Numbered from the stretch's first letter, positions 43,423-51,544 are shown. The stretch: 54,085 nucleotides of DNA from an uncultured Clostridia bacterium (GCA_946627725.1 CAMOVW010000001.1:1-54085), one strand, 5' to 3'. Numbers and translations: made by a program. The notes: generated by a model not told the origin, from the sequence alone.

Positions 43423-44368
43423 TGTAAATCACCGTCCCGTCAATCATCGTCGCTTCCAGCACCTTGCGGCTGTCCTCCGCCCACTTTTCCACCGTTTCCA
43501 GCAATACGCTGTATTCCTGCTTCTGGTCGTAGGGCATGGAGGCAAATACCATCCTCATGTGCGGCAGGCGGGCAACCGTCCCGATAAACGCCCGCACGGC
43601 GGACGCGAAAGCATCCGGCGTCAGTTGATCCGCAGGCACGCGCTCTGCGTCGCCCTTGGCAATGGCGCTCTGAACGTTCAAAAGCTCCTGCTGGGCGCGG
43701 TTGATGTCCTCCTGCTGTTCGGCCAGAAGGTCGTCCCGTTCCTGGATTTCCCGATGCAAATCTGCGTTTTCCCTGGAAAGCCGCCGCTGTTCCGCCAGGG
43801 CCTCGGTGCCCACGGCGGCCAGCCGCTCAACCTCCGTCCGTTGCTGGGCGATGGTTTCCCGGCTCTTTGCCAGCTCGTCCGTCAGTTCCGGGGGGATTTC
43901 CGGCGGCCTGCTCTCCGCTTCCTCGGCGCGGCGCTCGGCATCCATGCGGGCCTTACGCTCCCGGTCAATCTCCGCCTGCGCTTCCTCCCGCGCCTTTTTC
44001 ACGGCCTCCTGCACTTCCCGCGTCGTCATGGCGGAAACGTCGTGCTCCTCCATGAACTTTTCTTCCGTCCCGGCGGGAAGGGGCAGGAGTTTGAAAGTTT
44101 TGGCCTGTCCCAGCCCTTCAAACTGCGGTTTCCCGCCGAAGCGCTTATAGGCCGCCATCATGTCCTGCGCGGTGCGCTCGCTCACGTCGGCGTTTTCCTC
44201 CACCCACTTGCCAAACTGGCCGTGTGGTATGATCTCCTTCGCCTCGGTGAACACACGGGCGAGCTGCCACATATTCATGTTGATGTTCATGCGCAGCGTT
44301 CGCGCCTGCATCGCAAGGCCGTCAAGCACGCTGATTTCCTGGGTTTCGGTGTTGGCTAATTCCGTCAT
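43415..44368 (-). CDS. DUF3102-like protein with long coiled coil
   Basis: ATG 44368 behind AGGAGGAA. WQLARVFTEAKEIIPHGQFGKWVEENADVSERTAQDMM fits DUF3102. Confidence 0.6.
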   Translation of the reverse strand: MTELANTETQEISVLDGLAMQARTLRMNINMNMWQLARVFTEAKEIIPHGQFGKWVEENADVSERTAQDMMAAYKRFGGKPQFEGLGQAKTFKLLPLPAGTEEKFMEEHDVSAMTTREVQEAVKKAREEAQAEIDRERKARMDAERRAEEAESRPPEIPPELTDELAKSRETIAQQRTEVERLAAVGTEALAEQRRLSRENADLHREIQERDDLLAEQQEDINRAQQELLNVQSAIAKGDAERVPADQLTPDAFASAVRAFIGTVARLPHMRMVFASMPYDQKQEYSVLLETVEKWAEDSRKVLEATMIDGTVIYSE

Positions 44369-44376
44369 GTTTCCTC

Positions 44377-44748
44377 CTAATCTGCGTTTGCACGCAATTC
44401 CTGGTAGTTGTCCGGCGGAGCGGGTCGCGGTGCCCACTTCCGCACGTCGCTGGGCTTTTCCACCTGATGCCAGCCACGCACGCGCAGATCGCCGTGACTG
44501 TCAATGACGAGGATGCAGGATTGAGGGTCTGCGTCCTCCTTGGTCGGCAGCCTGTCGTGCGGGTCGATCCACTCCGTCGGCGGCTCCTGCCAGTACACAT
44601 TGAAGCGGTTTTCGCGGGCTTTGAGGGTGCTGTACACCATGGCCCCTTGAAAGACGTGCCACACGATGATGCAGCGCGCGTCCTCCTTGTTCTCTGCAAT
44701 CGGACAGGTGGATATGTCCTTCCATCCGTTATTGCCCATCCTGCCCAC
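44377..44748 (-). CDS. DUF551-like phage protein
   Basis: Start is GTG 44748 or ATG 44739. W…DRLP…VLV pattern. Confidence 0.5.
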   Translation of the reverse strand: MGRMGNNGWKDISTCPIAENKEDARCIIVWHVFQGAMVYSTLKARENRFNVYWQEPPTEWIDPHDRLPTKEDADPQSCILVIDSHGDLRVRGWHQVEKPSDVRKWAPRPAPPDNYQELRANAD

Positions 44749-45004
44749 CCTTTGCCGGGGCTTCCAGAATGATCCCGCGCTTTTTCAGCTTCTCCGCCCA
44801 TACAGCCTTTGTCATGTCCGTACAATGGCTCATGGCGTCCCACCAGCTCGGAAAGCGCTTGTTCGCCTTGAAGAACTGGTTTTGATAGTACAGGCTGTCC
44901 CTGTCGTGTGGGTCGCGCTCGTCGTGCTTCGTCGCGCAGACGGGGCACGTTCCGGGCACCGGCGCTGTGATCCTGATTTCATCCATGCCGTCAGATGGAC
45001 GCAT
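44729..45004 (-). CDS. hypothetical protein
   Basis: ATG 45004 behind AAGGAGG. First gene after the non-coding island. Confidence 0.5.
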   Translation of the reverse strand: MRPSDGMDEIRITAPVPGTCPVCATKHDERDPHDRDSLYYQNQFFKANKRFPSWWDAMSHCTDMTKAVWAEKLKKRGIILEAPAKGGQDGQ

Positions 45005-45259
45005 GGCAACCTCCTTTCTTGTGGTGTTGGCAAATGCCCGTCTTTCCGGGCTGTCATGGCTGCCGGACGGCGGCTCACAGGCCGCCATTATCCGGCAAAA
45101 TGGGCCGGTCTTTCCCGGCTGCCATCCGTCGCTCTCCGAACGTCACGCCTGTACGTCTTCGCTGCTTTGTCGGAAAGTAGCTTCTCCGGCGTCCGAGTCC
45201 CTGCAACGTCCAGGTTAGGCGTTTGCGGGGTTGCGTAACCTGAAAGAAAGTTGTTCCCC

Positions 45260-45341
45260 TGGTGTGAGCGCCCGGATTTGAACCGGGAGCGGCGTCTTTC
45301 AGCCGTTTGCCATTGGCAATCTTTCAGCCAATCACGCCCGC
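45260..45341 (-). ncRNA. tRNA-like module A (T-arm + 3' acceptor strand + CCA, no matching 5' strand found)
   Basis: Minus strand …GGCGT…ACGCC GCT CCCGG-TTCAAAT-CCGGG CGCTCAC A CCA. Shares GCGGGCGTGAT and the trailing CCAGGGG with module B. Confidence 0.35.
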
Positions 45342-45439
45342 ATGTTTGCCGGTCTTTCCCGGCTGCCAGCCGCGCTTAATTCTCGGCTGTCACGGATGTA
45401 CTTTTTAACGATGGCCCCGACACATCGGAGGCGTCCCCC

Positions 45440-45577
45440 TGGAGCTGCGGGGCGGAATCGAACCGCCCAGACGTGCGTTCGGCGTGATTTTCGGTATAGT
45501 TAAGGAGGTCAATCCCAACGAAGAAGATCATCTGCAATGGTTCTTATCATCACGCCCGCCTGCAAACCTGCCGCAGC
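45440..45577 (-). ncRNA. tRNA-like module B, 138 nt (closed acceptor stem, canonical T-arm, encoded CCA, non-canonical interior)
   Basis: 5' GCTGCGG pairs 7/7 with CCGCAGC before T-CCA. T-arm GGCGG-TTCGATT-CCGCC. Internal 8-bp helix GGCGTGAT/ATCACGCC (45549-45556 with 45481-45488). No D or anticodon arm fits. Confidence 0.4.
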
Positions 45578-45580
45578 GCG

Positions 45581-45643
45581 TCAGCTCGTCTTAATGATCC
45601 ATGCGATAAACAGCACGATCAAAACCCACCAATACCACGCCAT
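45581..45643 (-). CDS. 20-aa hydrophobic mini-ORF (MAWYWWVLIVLFIAWIIKTS)
   Basis: GGAGG lies 8 nt upstream of ATG 45643. The stop is 3 nt before module B. Too short to appear in the ORF track. Confidence 0.35.
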   Translation of the reverse strand: MAWYWWVLIVLFIAWIIKTS

Positions 45644-45657
45644 AGCTCGCGCCTCCG

Positions 45658-45948
45658 TCAATCGTACACTTCCCGAAGATTCTTCTCGCACCAGTTGAGC
45701 GCCAGGTTGTACCGCAGCGTCGCGCAGTACACCAATTCGCTGTTGGCGTCGATCCGCACAACCTCGGCGATGCGGTTCCTGTCCCCGGAAAAACCGACAA
45801 AGATTTTATCGTCCCAGCGTGTCGTCCCGTTCCGGCGCTTCGCCGCCGTCCAGACGCTCGCAATCGTGCTCAACTTTCCTTCCTTCACGAAAGCGGCCAA
45901 TTCCCGCAGTTGATCCGGGTTTTCGATGTGAAAGCGCTTCGCGGCCAT
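45658..45948 (-). CDS. hypothetical early protein
   Basis: 96 aa with ordinary composition. Confidence 0.6.
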   Translation of the reverse strand: MAAKRFHIENPDQLRELAAFVKEGKLSTIASVWTAAKRRNGTTRWDDKIFVGFSGDRNRIAEVVRIDANSELVYCATLRYNLALNWCEKNLREVYD

Positions 45949-45949
45949 G

Positions 45950-46498
45950 CTATACCTCCTGTATCTCGATCCCCCAGCAGGCTTTCATCTGCTTTTTCTT
46001 GTTGATGTACACCCGGTTTTGCTTCGTCGCGGGGCTTTTTGCGTCGTACACCCCTTCAATGGAGAAATCCGGCCTGATGGTCACAAAGTCCGCGACGTAC
46101 ACGATCCCGCCGGGAAGGTCAAATTTCACCTGGCGGCAGACGGTTTTCAGCTCTCCGGCCCGCACGCGGAGCATCAATTCCTGGTAAATGTTCGCCTCAT
46201 GTTGGCTGTCAAACTTGATCCCGTCGATCTCCACCCGCTTATTGCCGTACTTCTGGCGTTTCGGCGCGTTCTTCCGCGCCATTGCGGCGGCGATGTCGCC
46301 TACATCCGCGCTCGCCATATCGGCCACCGATACCCCGGACGCCCGTGCGGGCTGGCAGCACGTCGGCGCGGCCTGTGCCCGCCCGGAATAGTCCGGCTTC
46401 TGGACGATGCGCTGCTTGTGTCGCCGCTGAAACTCGGCGTATTCCTCCTCGGTCATGCGGAGCGCCATTTCTTCCACCAGCCTTTCAGCCTCTCCCAT
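45950..46498 (-). CDS. DUF1064-like (putative resolvase/endonuclease) protein
   Basis: KYGNKRVEIDGIKFDSQHEANIY…YVADFV signature. Start uncertain. Confidence 0.7.
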   Translation of the reverse strand: MGEAERLVEEMALRMTEEEYAEFQRRHKQRIVQKPDYSGRAQAAPTCCQPARASGVSVADMASADVGDIAAAMARKNAPKRQKYGNKRVEIDGIKFDSQHEANIYQELMLRVRAGELKTVCRQVKFDLPGGIVYVADFVTIRPDFSIEGVYDAKSPATKQNRVYINKKKQMKACWGIEIQEV

Positions 46499-46962
46499 GT
46501 GGATTGATAGGGAGCCGGTATAACCGCTATCTCACCCGGCTTGCACAGGGAAACGTCGGGAACGTCCACGACCTTGACGCTCGTCCTTTGCCAGCTCTTG
46601 ATGGATAGGCTGCCCGTTTGGTATTCCCTGCGTACAATCGTCGTCGCGTTGTCGGTGTTGGAAACCAGCACGGATTTATCGTCCCAATACTCGGTGGCGT
46701 AGATTTTCCGGCTGTTATTTCCGAAATATGCCTTGTTCTCCTCCAGATTGTCGTTCACGGCGTCGAATTTCAGCCCATGATTGAGGCACCACATCACCGC
46801 CGCCTTTAGCTGCTCGCCCTCCCGGCACGACCAGAGGATCAGCTTCGCGCCCTCGGCCTGCTGTCGGATAAGCTCATTGATAACCTGTTGGCGCGGCGCG
46901 CCGATGTCCGGCCATTTTCCGCCGCACAGGCAGCCGTCAAAATCCACGGCGATGATCTTCAT
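46453..46962 (-). CDS. HAD-superfamily-like phage protein
   Basis: The N-terminus KIIAVDFDGCL…LILWSCREG…WCLNHGLKFDAVNDN is typical of this phage family. Confidence 0.6.
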   Translation of the reverse strand: MKIIAVDFDGCLCGGKWPDIGAPRQQVINELIRQQAEGAKLILWSCREGEQLKAAVMWCLNHGLKFDAVNDNLEENKAYFGNNSRKIYATEYWDDKSVLVSNTDNATTIVRREYQTGSLSIKSWQRTSVKVVDVPDVSLCKPGEIAVIPAPYQSTWERLKGWWKKWRSA

Positions 46963-47177
46963 ACCTCAACCCCCGCTTCCTTGCATCCGTCCATGTAGGC
47001 TTTCATCCGCATGGCAAACAGATTGCCGATGTCCTCAATAACCTTCTGCTCGGCCTCCGCCGCGCCGTCGCTCGCCTTGATGTACAGCGGCACCGCAGGC
47101 AGATAATCCCCGGTAGCGGGATCGCGCAGGGCGGTATATCCAATCTGGATGTATTCATCCTTCTTTTCCGCCGCCAT
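46959..47177 (-). CDS. hypothetical small protein
   Basis: ATG 47177 behind AAGGAGG. Confidence 0.5.
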   Translation of the reverse strand: MAAEKKDEYIQIGYTALRDPATGDYLPAVPLYIKASDGAAEAEQKVIEDIGNLFAMRMKAYMDGCKEAGVEV

Positions 47178-47179
47178 GA

Positions 47180-47392
47180 TTACACAGCCTCCTTGGCTGG
47201 TTTGTAGTGGTACAGCTCCTCCGGGGTTTTCTTCAACACCTGGCACAGTCCGAAAAACTCATCCACGTCAACCTTGCGCTTACCGGCGAGCATGGCGCTG
47301 AAAGTAGGCTCGCTCATGCCGATACGGTCAGCGATGTACTTCTGCTTCAAGCCGCTGTCTGCGACTGCCGCGCTGATGCGTTCATTAACCAC
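47180..47392 (-). CDS. Cro-like XRE-family HTH regulator
   Basis: 70 aa. LKQKYIADRIGMSEPTFSAMLAGKR helix-turn-helix. Divergent from the repressor. Confidence 0.8.
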   Translation of the reverse strand: MVNERISAAVADSGLKQKYIADRIGMSEPTFSAMLAGKRKVDVDEFFGLCQVLKKTPEELYHYKPAKEAV

Positions 47393-47413
47393 GCTGTTAT
47401 CCTCCTCTCTTTT

Positions 47414-47430
47414 CTTCGGAATCTCCGAAG
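47414..47430. promoter_or_regulatory. operator O1 (CTTCGGA-ATC-TCCGAAG)
   Basis: Perfect 7+3+7 palindrome just downstream of the cro-side -10. Confidence 0.6.
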
Positions 47431-47439
47431 TGTAGATAC

Positions 47440-47468
47440 ATTATAATTCGGCGTCGCCGTATTGTCAA
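47440..47468 (-). promoter_or_regulatory. early lytic promoter (cro side)
   Basis: Minus strand TTGACA (47468-47463), 17-nt spacer, TATAAT (47445-47440). Confidence 0.75.
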
Positions 47469-47475
47469 CAGAAAA

Positions 47476-47492
47476 ATTCAGAATTTCCGAAG
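47476..47492. promoter_or_regulatory. operator O2 (ATTCAGA-ATT-TCCGAAG)
   Basis: Imperfect copy of O1, lying between the two -35 boxes. Confidence 0.5.
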
Positions 47493-47499
47493 TTTTTTA

Positions 47500-47528
47500 T
47501 TGCAAAGGGCCTCCCGATACGATATAAT
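47500..47528 (+). promoter_or_regulatory. repressor-side promoter
   Basis: TTGCAA 47500-47505, 17-nt spacer, TATAAT 47523-47528. Confidence 0.7.
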
Positions 47529-47557
47529 CAAAGAGAACAACGCAAGGAGGCGATTTT

Positions 47558-47929
47558 GTGGGAGAAATAAGAAAGACCGTAGGAGAGAATATTAAGAAGG
47601 TCTGCCAACTAAAGGGAATACGACAGGTTGATATATCGGAGCACATGAAGGTGTCACAGGGCACGGTTTCCAATTGGTTCAAAGGCACGAACTCAATAGA
47701 TATTGAAAACCTCGCCGAATTGTGCTCTTTCCTCGGCGTTTCATTGGATCAGATTTTCGGCGTGGCCCCGCTGACGCCAGAAGTTACATTGTCACAGGAA
47801 GAAACCGACCTTTTGAGCATGTTCCGTGCTTTGAACAGCCAGGGGAAGGATATGCTCATGAGCACAGCCCGCGCTTTTGCGGGCAATCCTGATATGCAAA
47901 AAGAAAGTACGAAGTCAAAGATGGCGTGA
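47558..47929 (+). CDS. CI-like XRE-family repressor (no peptidase domain)
   Basis: GTG start behind AAGGAGG. N-terminal HTH QVDISEHMKVSQGTVSNWFKG. Confidence 0.8.
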   Translation: MGEIRKTVGENIKKVCQLKGIRQVDISEHMKVSQGTVSNWFKGTNSIDIENLAELCSFLGVSLDQIFGVAPLTPEVTLSQEETDLLSMFRALNSQGKDMLMSTARAFAGNPDMQKESTKSKMA

Positions 47930-47966
47930 TCTACCCGGAACGATGGTGGAAAGGAAGGGAAATCCC

Positions 47967-48545
47967 ATGAAGAAGATAATCGCCCTGGTGCTCGTGCTGC
48001 TGATGCTGCCCGCCGTCGCCTCCGCAGAAAAAACGGATAGGCGCGGGCTTGTGGAGTTTATCGAGCTGTACGCCTCGCGTTTCGCCGTATTCGCCCATGA
48101 AAACGGGCTGGAATTTGACACAGCCCCGTTGTCGTCGCTTCCGCCGTGGAAAAGCGGCGATCTGCTCATGTTTGAAACGAGCGCCGGGACGGCTGGCGTC
48201 TATCCCGGCGGCTATGATCTGCACGATCTGGTTATGACCTTTTACTCGTTGTCGGACGACGATGCAGACAATGAGCTGTATGCTACAAGCTGCGTAATTG
48301 CCATATCCGCCCTTGAATTTGATGCGCAGTATGAAGTCGGCCCGTCCCTTGCAAGGAAATCCGCCGTCGAAGATGCAGCCGCCATATTTGAAGAAATGGG
48401 AAACGGGCTGGAAGAAGCGCTGACGCAATCAATGGAGGAAGGGGGGCGCGTCCTCATATACTCCGGGAACTATGATTATTATGCCGAATACGCCACCATG
48501 GGCAACCGTGACTTCGTATATCTGATAGCAGAAGAAAGACAATAA
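47967..48545 (+). CDS. secreted protein (lysogeny-module moron)
   Basis: ATG 47967. Signal peptide MKKIIALVLVLLMLPAVASA. Lies between repressor and integrase. Confidence 0.65.
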   Translation: MKKIIALVLVLLMLPAVASAEKTDRRGLVEFIELYASRFAVFAHENGLEFDTAPLSSLPPWKSGDLLMFETSAGTAGVYPGGYDLHDLVMTFYSLSDDDADNELYATSCVIAISALEFDAQYEVGPSLARKSAVEDAAAIFEEMGNGLEEALTQSMEEGGRVLIYSGNYDYYAEYATMGNRDFVYLIAEERQ

Positions 48546-48659
48546 AAAAATGCCCGCCCCGGTTTCCCAGGACGGGCCGCAAAATCAGCCAACACCACTT
48601 GTCCGATTTGCTATTCCATTATAGCGCGGCGAGGGTTATTTGTCAAGGAGCGAAAACGC

Positions 48660-50276
48660 ATGAAAACCGTTAAAACCCAAAGCGGCGCGACGAAAGCGGT
48701 AATCTATGCCCGCTATTCGTCCCACGGCCAGACGGAGCAATCCATAGAGGGCCAGTTGCATGATAACTACGCCTGGGCGAAACAGCAAGGGATCACCGTC
48801 ATAGGCGAATATATAGACCGCGCCCTGACCGGCACAAAGGACGCCCGCCCGGACTTCCAGCGAATGATTGAGGACGCGGCCAAGCGCCAGTTTGAAATGG
48901 TGATCGTCTGGAAGCTGGACAGGTTCGCCCGCAATCGCTACGACAGCGCCATCTACAAGGCCCGTCTGAAAAAGTACGGCGTCAAGGTCGTGTCCGTAAA
49001 AGAGAACATCACCGACAGCCCGGAAGGAATTATCCTGGAAGGGCTGCTGGAGAGCATGGCGGAATACTACTCGGCCAATCTTTCGCAGAACGTCAAGCGC
49101 GGACTGCGCGAGAGCGTGGAAAAGGGGTATTACTGCGGCGGAAGCATCCCATACGGCTACAAGGCGGAAAACCACCGCCTTGTCCCGGACGAGAAAACCG
49201 CGCCCATCATCCGCTATGTGTTTGAGGAGTACGCCAAGGGCACGTCCAAGAAGGAGATCATCGACGAGCTGAACCGGCGCGGCGTGCGCAACGGGAAGGG
49301 AAACCCGCTGACATATACATCCTTCCAGCATGCCCTACGCATGACCACCTATATAGGGGAGTATGTCTATCAGGGAAAGGTCGTGCCCTGCGCCGATCCT
49401 CTGGTGACGCGGGAAGTGTTTGACAAGGTGCAGGCCCGCCTTGACCGGCGCGCTCATGCTCCCGCCGCTGCCAAGGCTCGCGTCCCGTATCTGCTGCAAG
49501 GGAAAGCCTGGTGCGGCCTGTGCGGCGCGCCCATGTTTGGGGAAAGCGGCACGTCGCACACCGGCGCGCTTCACACCTATTACTGCTGCTACAATCGGAA
49601 ACGGAAAAAGGGATGCAAGAAGAAAACCGAGCGCCGCGATAAGCTGGAAACCTTCATCGTCGCCCGGACGATGGATTATATCTTGACGCCATCCCGTATG
49701 AACAGGATAGCAAAGGCCGTCGTGCAGGAGTATTACAAGGAGTTCTCCGGCTCCCGCGTGGAGAATATGGAAAAGGCCATCGCACAGATAGACCGGGAAA
49801 TGGACAAGCTGGTGGACGCCCTGATTGACGCGCCCAAGGCCGCACACAAGAAAATCTATGCCCGTATGGAAGCGCTGGAAGCGCAGAAAGCGGAATTTGA
49901 AACCGACGCGGCCAAGCTGCGCGTCGCAATGGGCCTCCGCCTGACGGAAAAGGAAGTCGTGTCCTGGCTAAAGACCTTCCGCGACGGCGATCCAGACGAT
50001 CCCGATTTCCGCCGCCGCCTGGTGGACATCTTCATCAATGCCGTGTACGTCTACGACGACAGGATCATAGTCTTTTACAACATCCGGGGAGGCAAACAGG
50101 TGTCGAGCAAAGACCTGTACGAAGCCCTGGAAAGCCCGAAAGATAAAGAAAATTCCAAACCCGAAACAGGTTCGGATTTGGAATCATCTGGCGGGGCGGG
50201 TAATTCTAAATCCGAACCCGAATTTGTATTTGTGCATGGCGTCTTTGGGTGCATTTTCCCATGGGGCGAGGGATGA
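48660..50276 (+). CDS. int: large serine recombinase (integrase)
   Basis: AVIYARYSSHGQ catalytic-Ser region, resolvase and recombinase domains, Cys cluster (CGLCG…YYCCYNRKRKKGC) and a coiled coil. Confidence 0.95.
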   Translation: MKTVKTQSGATKAVIYARYSSHGQTEQSIEGQLHDNYAWAKQQGITVIGEYIDRALTGTKDARPDFQRMIEDAAKRQFEMVIVWKLDRFARNRYDSAIYKARLKKYGVKVVSVKENITDSPEGIILEGLLESMAEYYSANLSQNVKRGLRESVEKGYYCGGSIPYGYKAENHRLVPDEKTAPIIRYVFEEYAKGTSKKEIIDELNRRGVRNGKGNPLTYTSFQHALRMTTYIGEYVYQGKVVPCADPLVTREVFDKVQARLDRRAHAPAAAKARVPYLLQGKAWCGLCGAPMFGESGTSHTGALHTYYCCYNRKRKKGCKKKTERRDKLETFIVARTMDYILTPSRMNRIAKAVVQEYYKEFSGSRVENMEKAIAQIDREMDKLVDALIDAPKAAHKKIYARMEALEAQKAEFETDAAKLRVAMGLRLTEKEVVSWLKTFRDGDPDDPDFRRRLVDIFINAVYVYDDRIIVFYNIRGGKQVSSKDLYEALESPKDKENSKPETGSDLESSGGAGNSKSEPEFVFVHGVFGCIFPWGEG

Positions 50277-50306
50277 AATCGCCCAAACCATCAATTTCAT
50301 TTTCAG

Positions 50307-50347
50307 AACCGGCGGCATGGAAAGCCAAACCCAGCCGCCGGTTTTTC
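50307..50347 (+). terminator. intrinsic terminator after int
   Basis: AACCGGCGGC…GCCGCCGGTT 10-bp stem followed by TTTT. Confidence 0.7.
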
Positions 50348-50356
50348 ACGTTTCTA

Positions 50357-51480
50357 ATTATCCGCGCGCGCACGCGCGAGGGGGCCGTTTGTGGCCGTCC
50401 AGGTGAATGAAATTCATAAAAAAAATAAAAAAATTAGTGAAATGGTGGGCTCCCAGCGCCCGCGAGAGAGGAAAATGACGCGCGCAGTACCTACACGCGG
50501 AAGCGGGCGCGCGCGTACACGCGCGGGCGTGCGAGCGCGCGGCGCGACGCGAGCGCAGGGGCGCGGGGGCGCGTGGGGGCACGCGGCGCGTGACGCAGGG
50601 GCGCAGGGGCGCGCGGATGCGTAGCGCGCTGGCGTTGCGCGTTGCGCGGTAAAAGCAACCCCGTAGGGGTTGCATCCTGGGGCGTGTAGCGCCCGCGTGA
50701 TGGCGCGGTGCGTGGCGCGGGGGCCGCGTGTCCAGGGGCGCGGCGCAGCGGGGCGCGGATCGCGGGCGGGGCCATGGGCGGCCATGGGCGCGGCGCGGGC
50801 CGTCGGGGCAATTCGGCAGCAGGCCGCCGGGGATCGCCGCCGGGGGCCGGGGCCGTCGGGGACGTGTCCAGGATCGCCGCCGGATGGATCGCCCGCCGGG
50901 ACGGTTGACAGCTCCGGCGACGTGTCCAGGCAGCAGGCAGCTCCTCGCGCGCGCCCGCATGGGTAGCCGGGGCGACGTGTCCAGGATCGCCGCCGGGGAT
51001 CGCGGCAGGCAGCAGGGGCCGCCCGCGTCCAGGGGGGCAGGCGTCCAGGGGCGCGGCAGGGGCCGCCGGGGATCGCCGCCCGTAAAGGGGCAGCATGTTT
51101 TTATTTCATTCGGCCCTGATTTTTTCCGCCGGGGATCGCGGGCAACGTGTCCAGGGGGCAGCAGGCCGCCGGGGCCGGGGACGTGTCCAGGGGCAGCAGG
51201 CCGCCGGATGGATCGCGGCAGGCAGCAGGGGCCGCCCGCGTCCAGGGGGCCGGATTATTTCAGCAAGGGCAGCAGGCCGCCGGGGCCGGGGACGTGTCCA
51301 GGGGGGCAGCAGGCCGCCGGATGGTTCGCGGCAGGCAGCAGGGGCCGCCCGCGTCCAGGGGGCCGGATTATTTCAGCGGGGCAGCGGGCCGCCGGGGCCG
51401 TGTCCATTTCGACGGGCGGCAGGGGCGCGGCGCGCATGGGCGGCGCGGGCAGGATCGCGCTCACGCATATACGCGGGAAC
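50357..51480 (+). repeat. extremely GC-rich, G-strand-biased degenerate repeat array (non-coding)
   Basis: (CG)n-like runs at 50357-50640. At least 11 same-strand copies of CG(T/C)GTCCAGG, with recurring GCAGCAGGCCGCCGG and GGATCGC units. All six frames are open and Arg/Gly/Pro-rich. Confidence 0.8.
51157..51377 (+). repeat. two near-identical tandem units of about 110 nt inside the array
   Basis: 51157-51264 versus 51268-51377 differ only by a GG insertion and an A/T change. Each splits into two sub-units of about 55 nt. Confidence 0.85.
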
Positions 51481-51544
51481 ATAAAACGCGCGTGCGCCCG
51501 TTGCCCCTCAAAAAAATTTTTTTATTCCCCGTAGGGGAATACCT

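Noticed and set aside
45260-45577. Calling modules A and B ordinary tRNA genes, or B a tmRNA
   Set aside because: Neither can be folded into D and anticodon arms. A lacks a 5' acceptor strand (best match 5 of 7). B is 138 nt. For a tmRNA, B lacks the G3-U70 pair and a plausible tag frame, and it is far too short.
48546-48600. Terminator after the secreted-protein gene
   Set aside because: Only a weak GCCCG/CGGGC stem is present, with no U-tract.
50727-51400. CRISPR array interpretation of the ~55-nt periodic repeats
   Set aside because: The repeats are degenerate. The sequence between motif copies is itself repetitive rather than unique spacer. There are no cas genes.
50357-51480. Plasmid-type partition centromere
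   Set aside because: I kept this only as a loose analogy. No ParA/ParB-like genes are visible in the window, and the genome carries an integrase.
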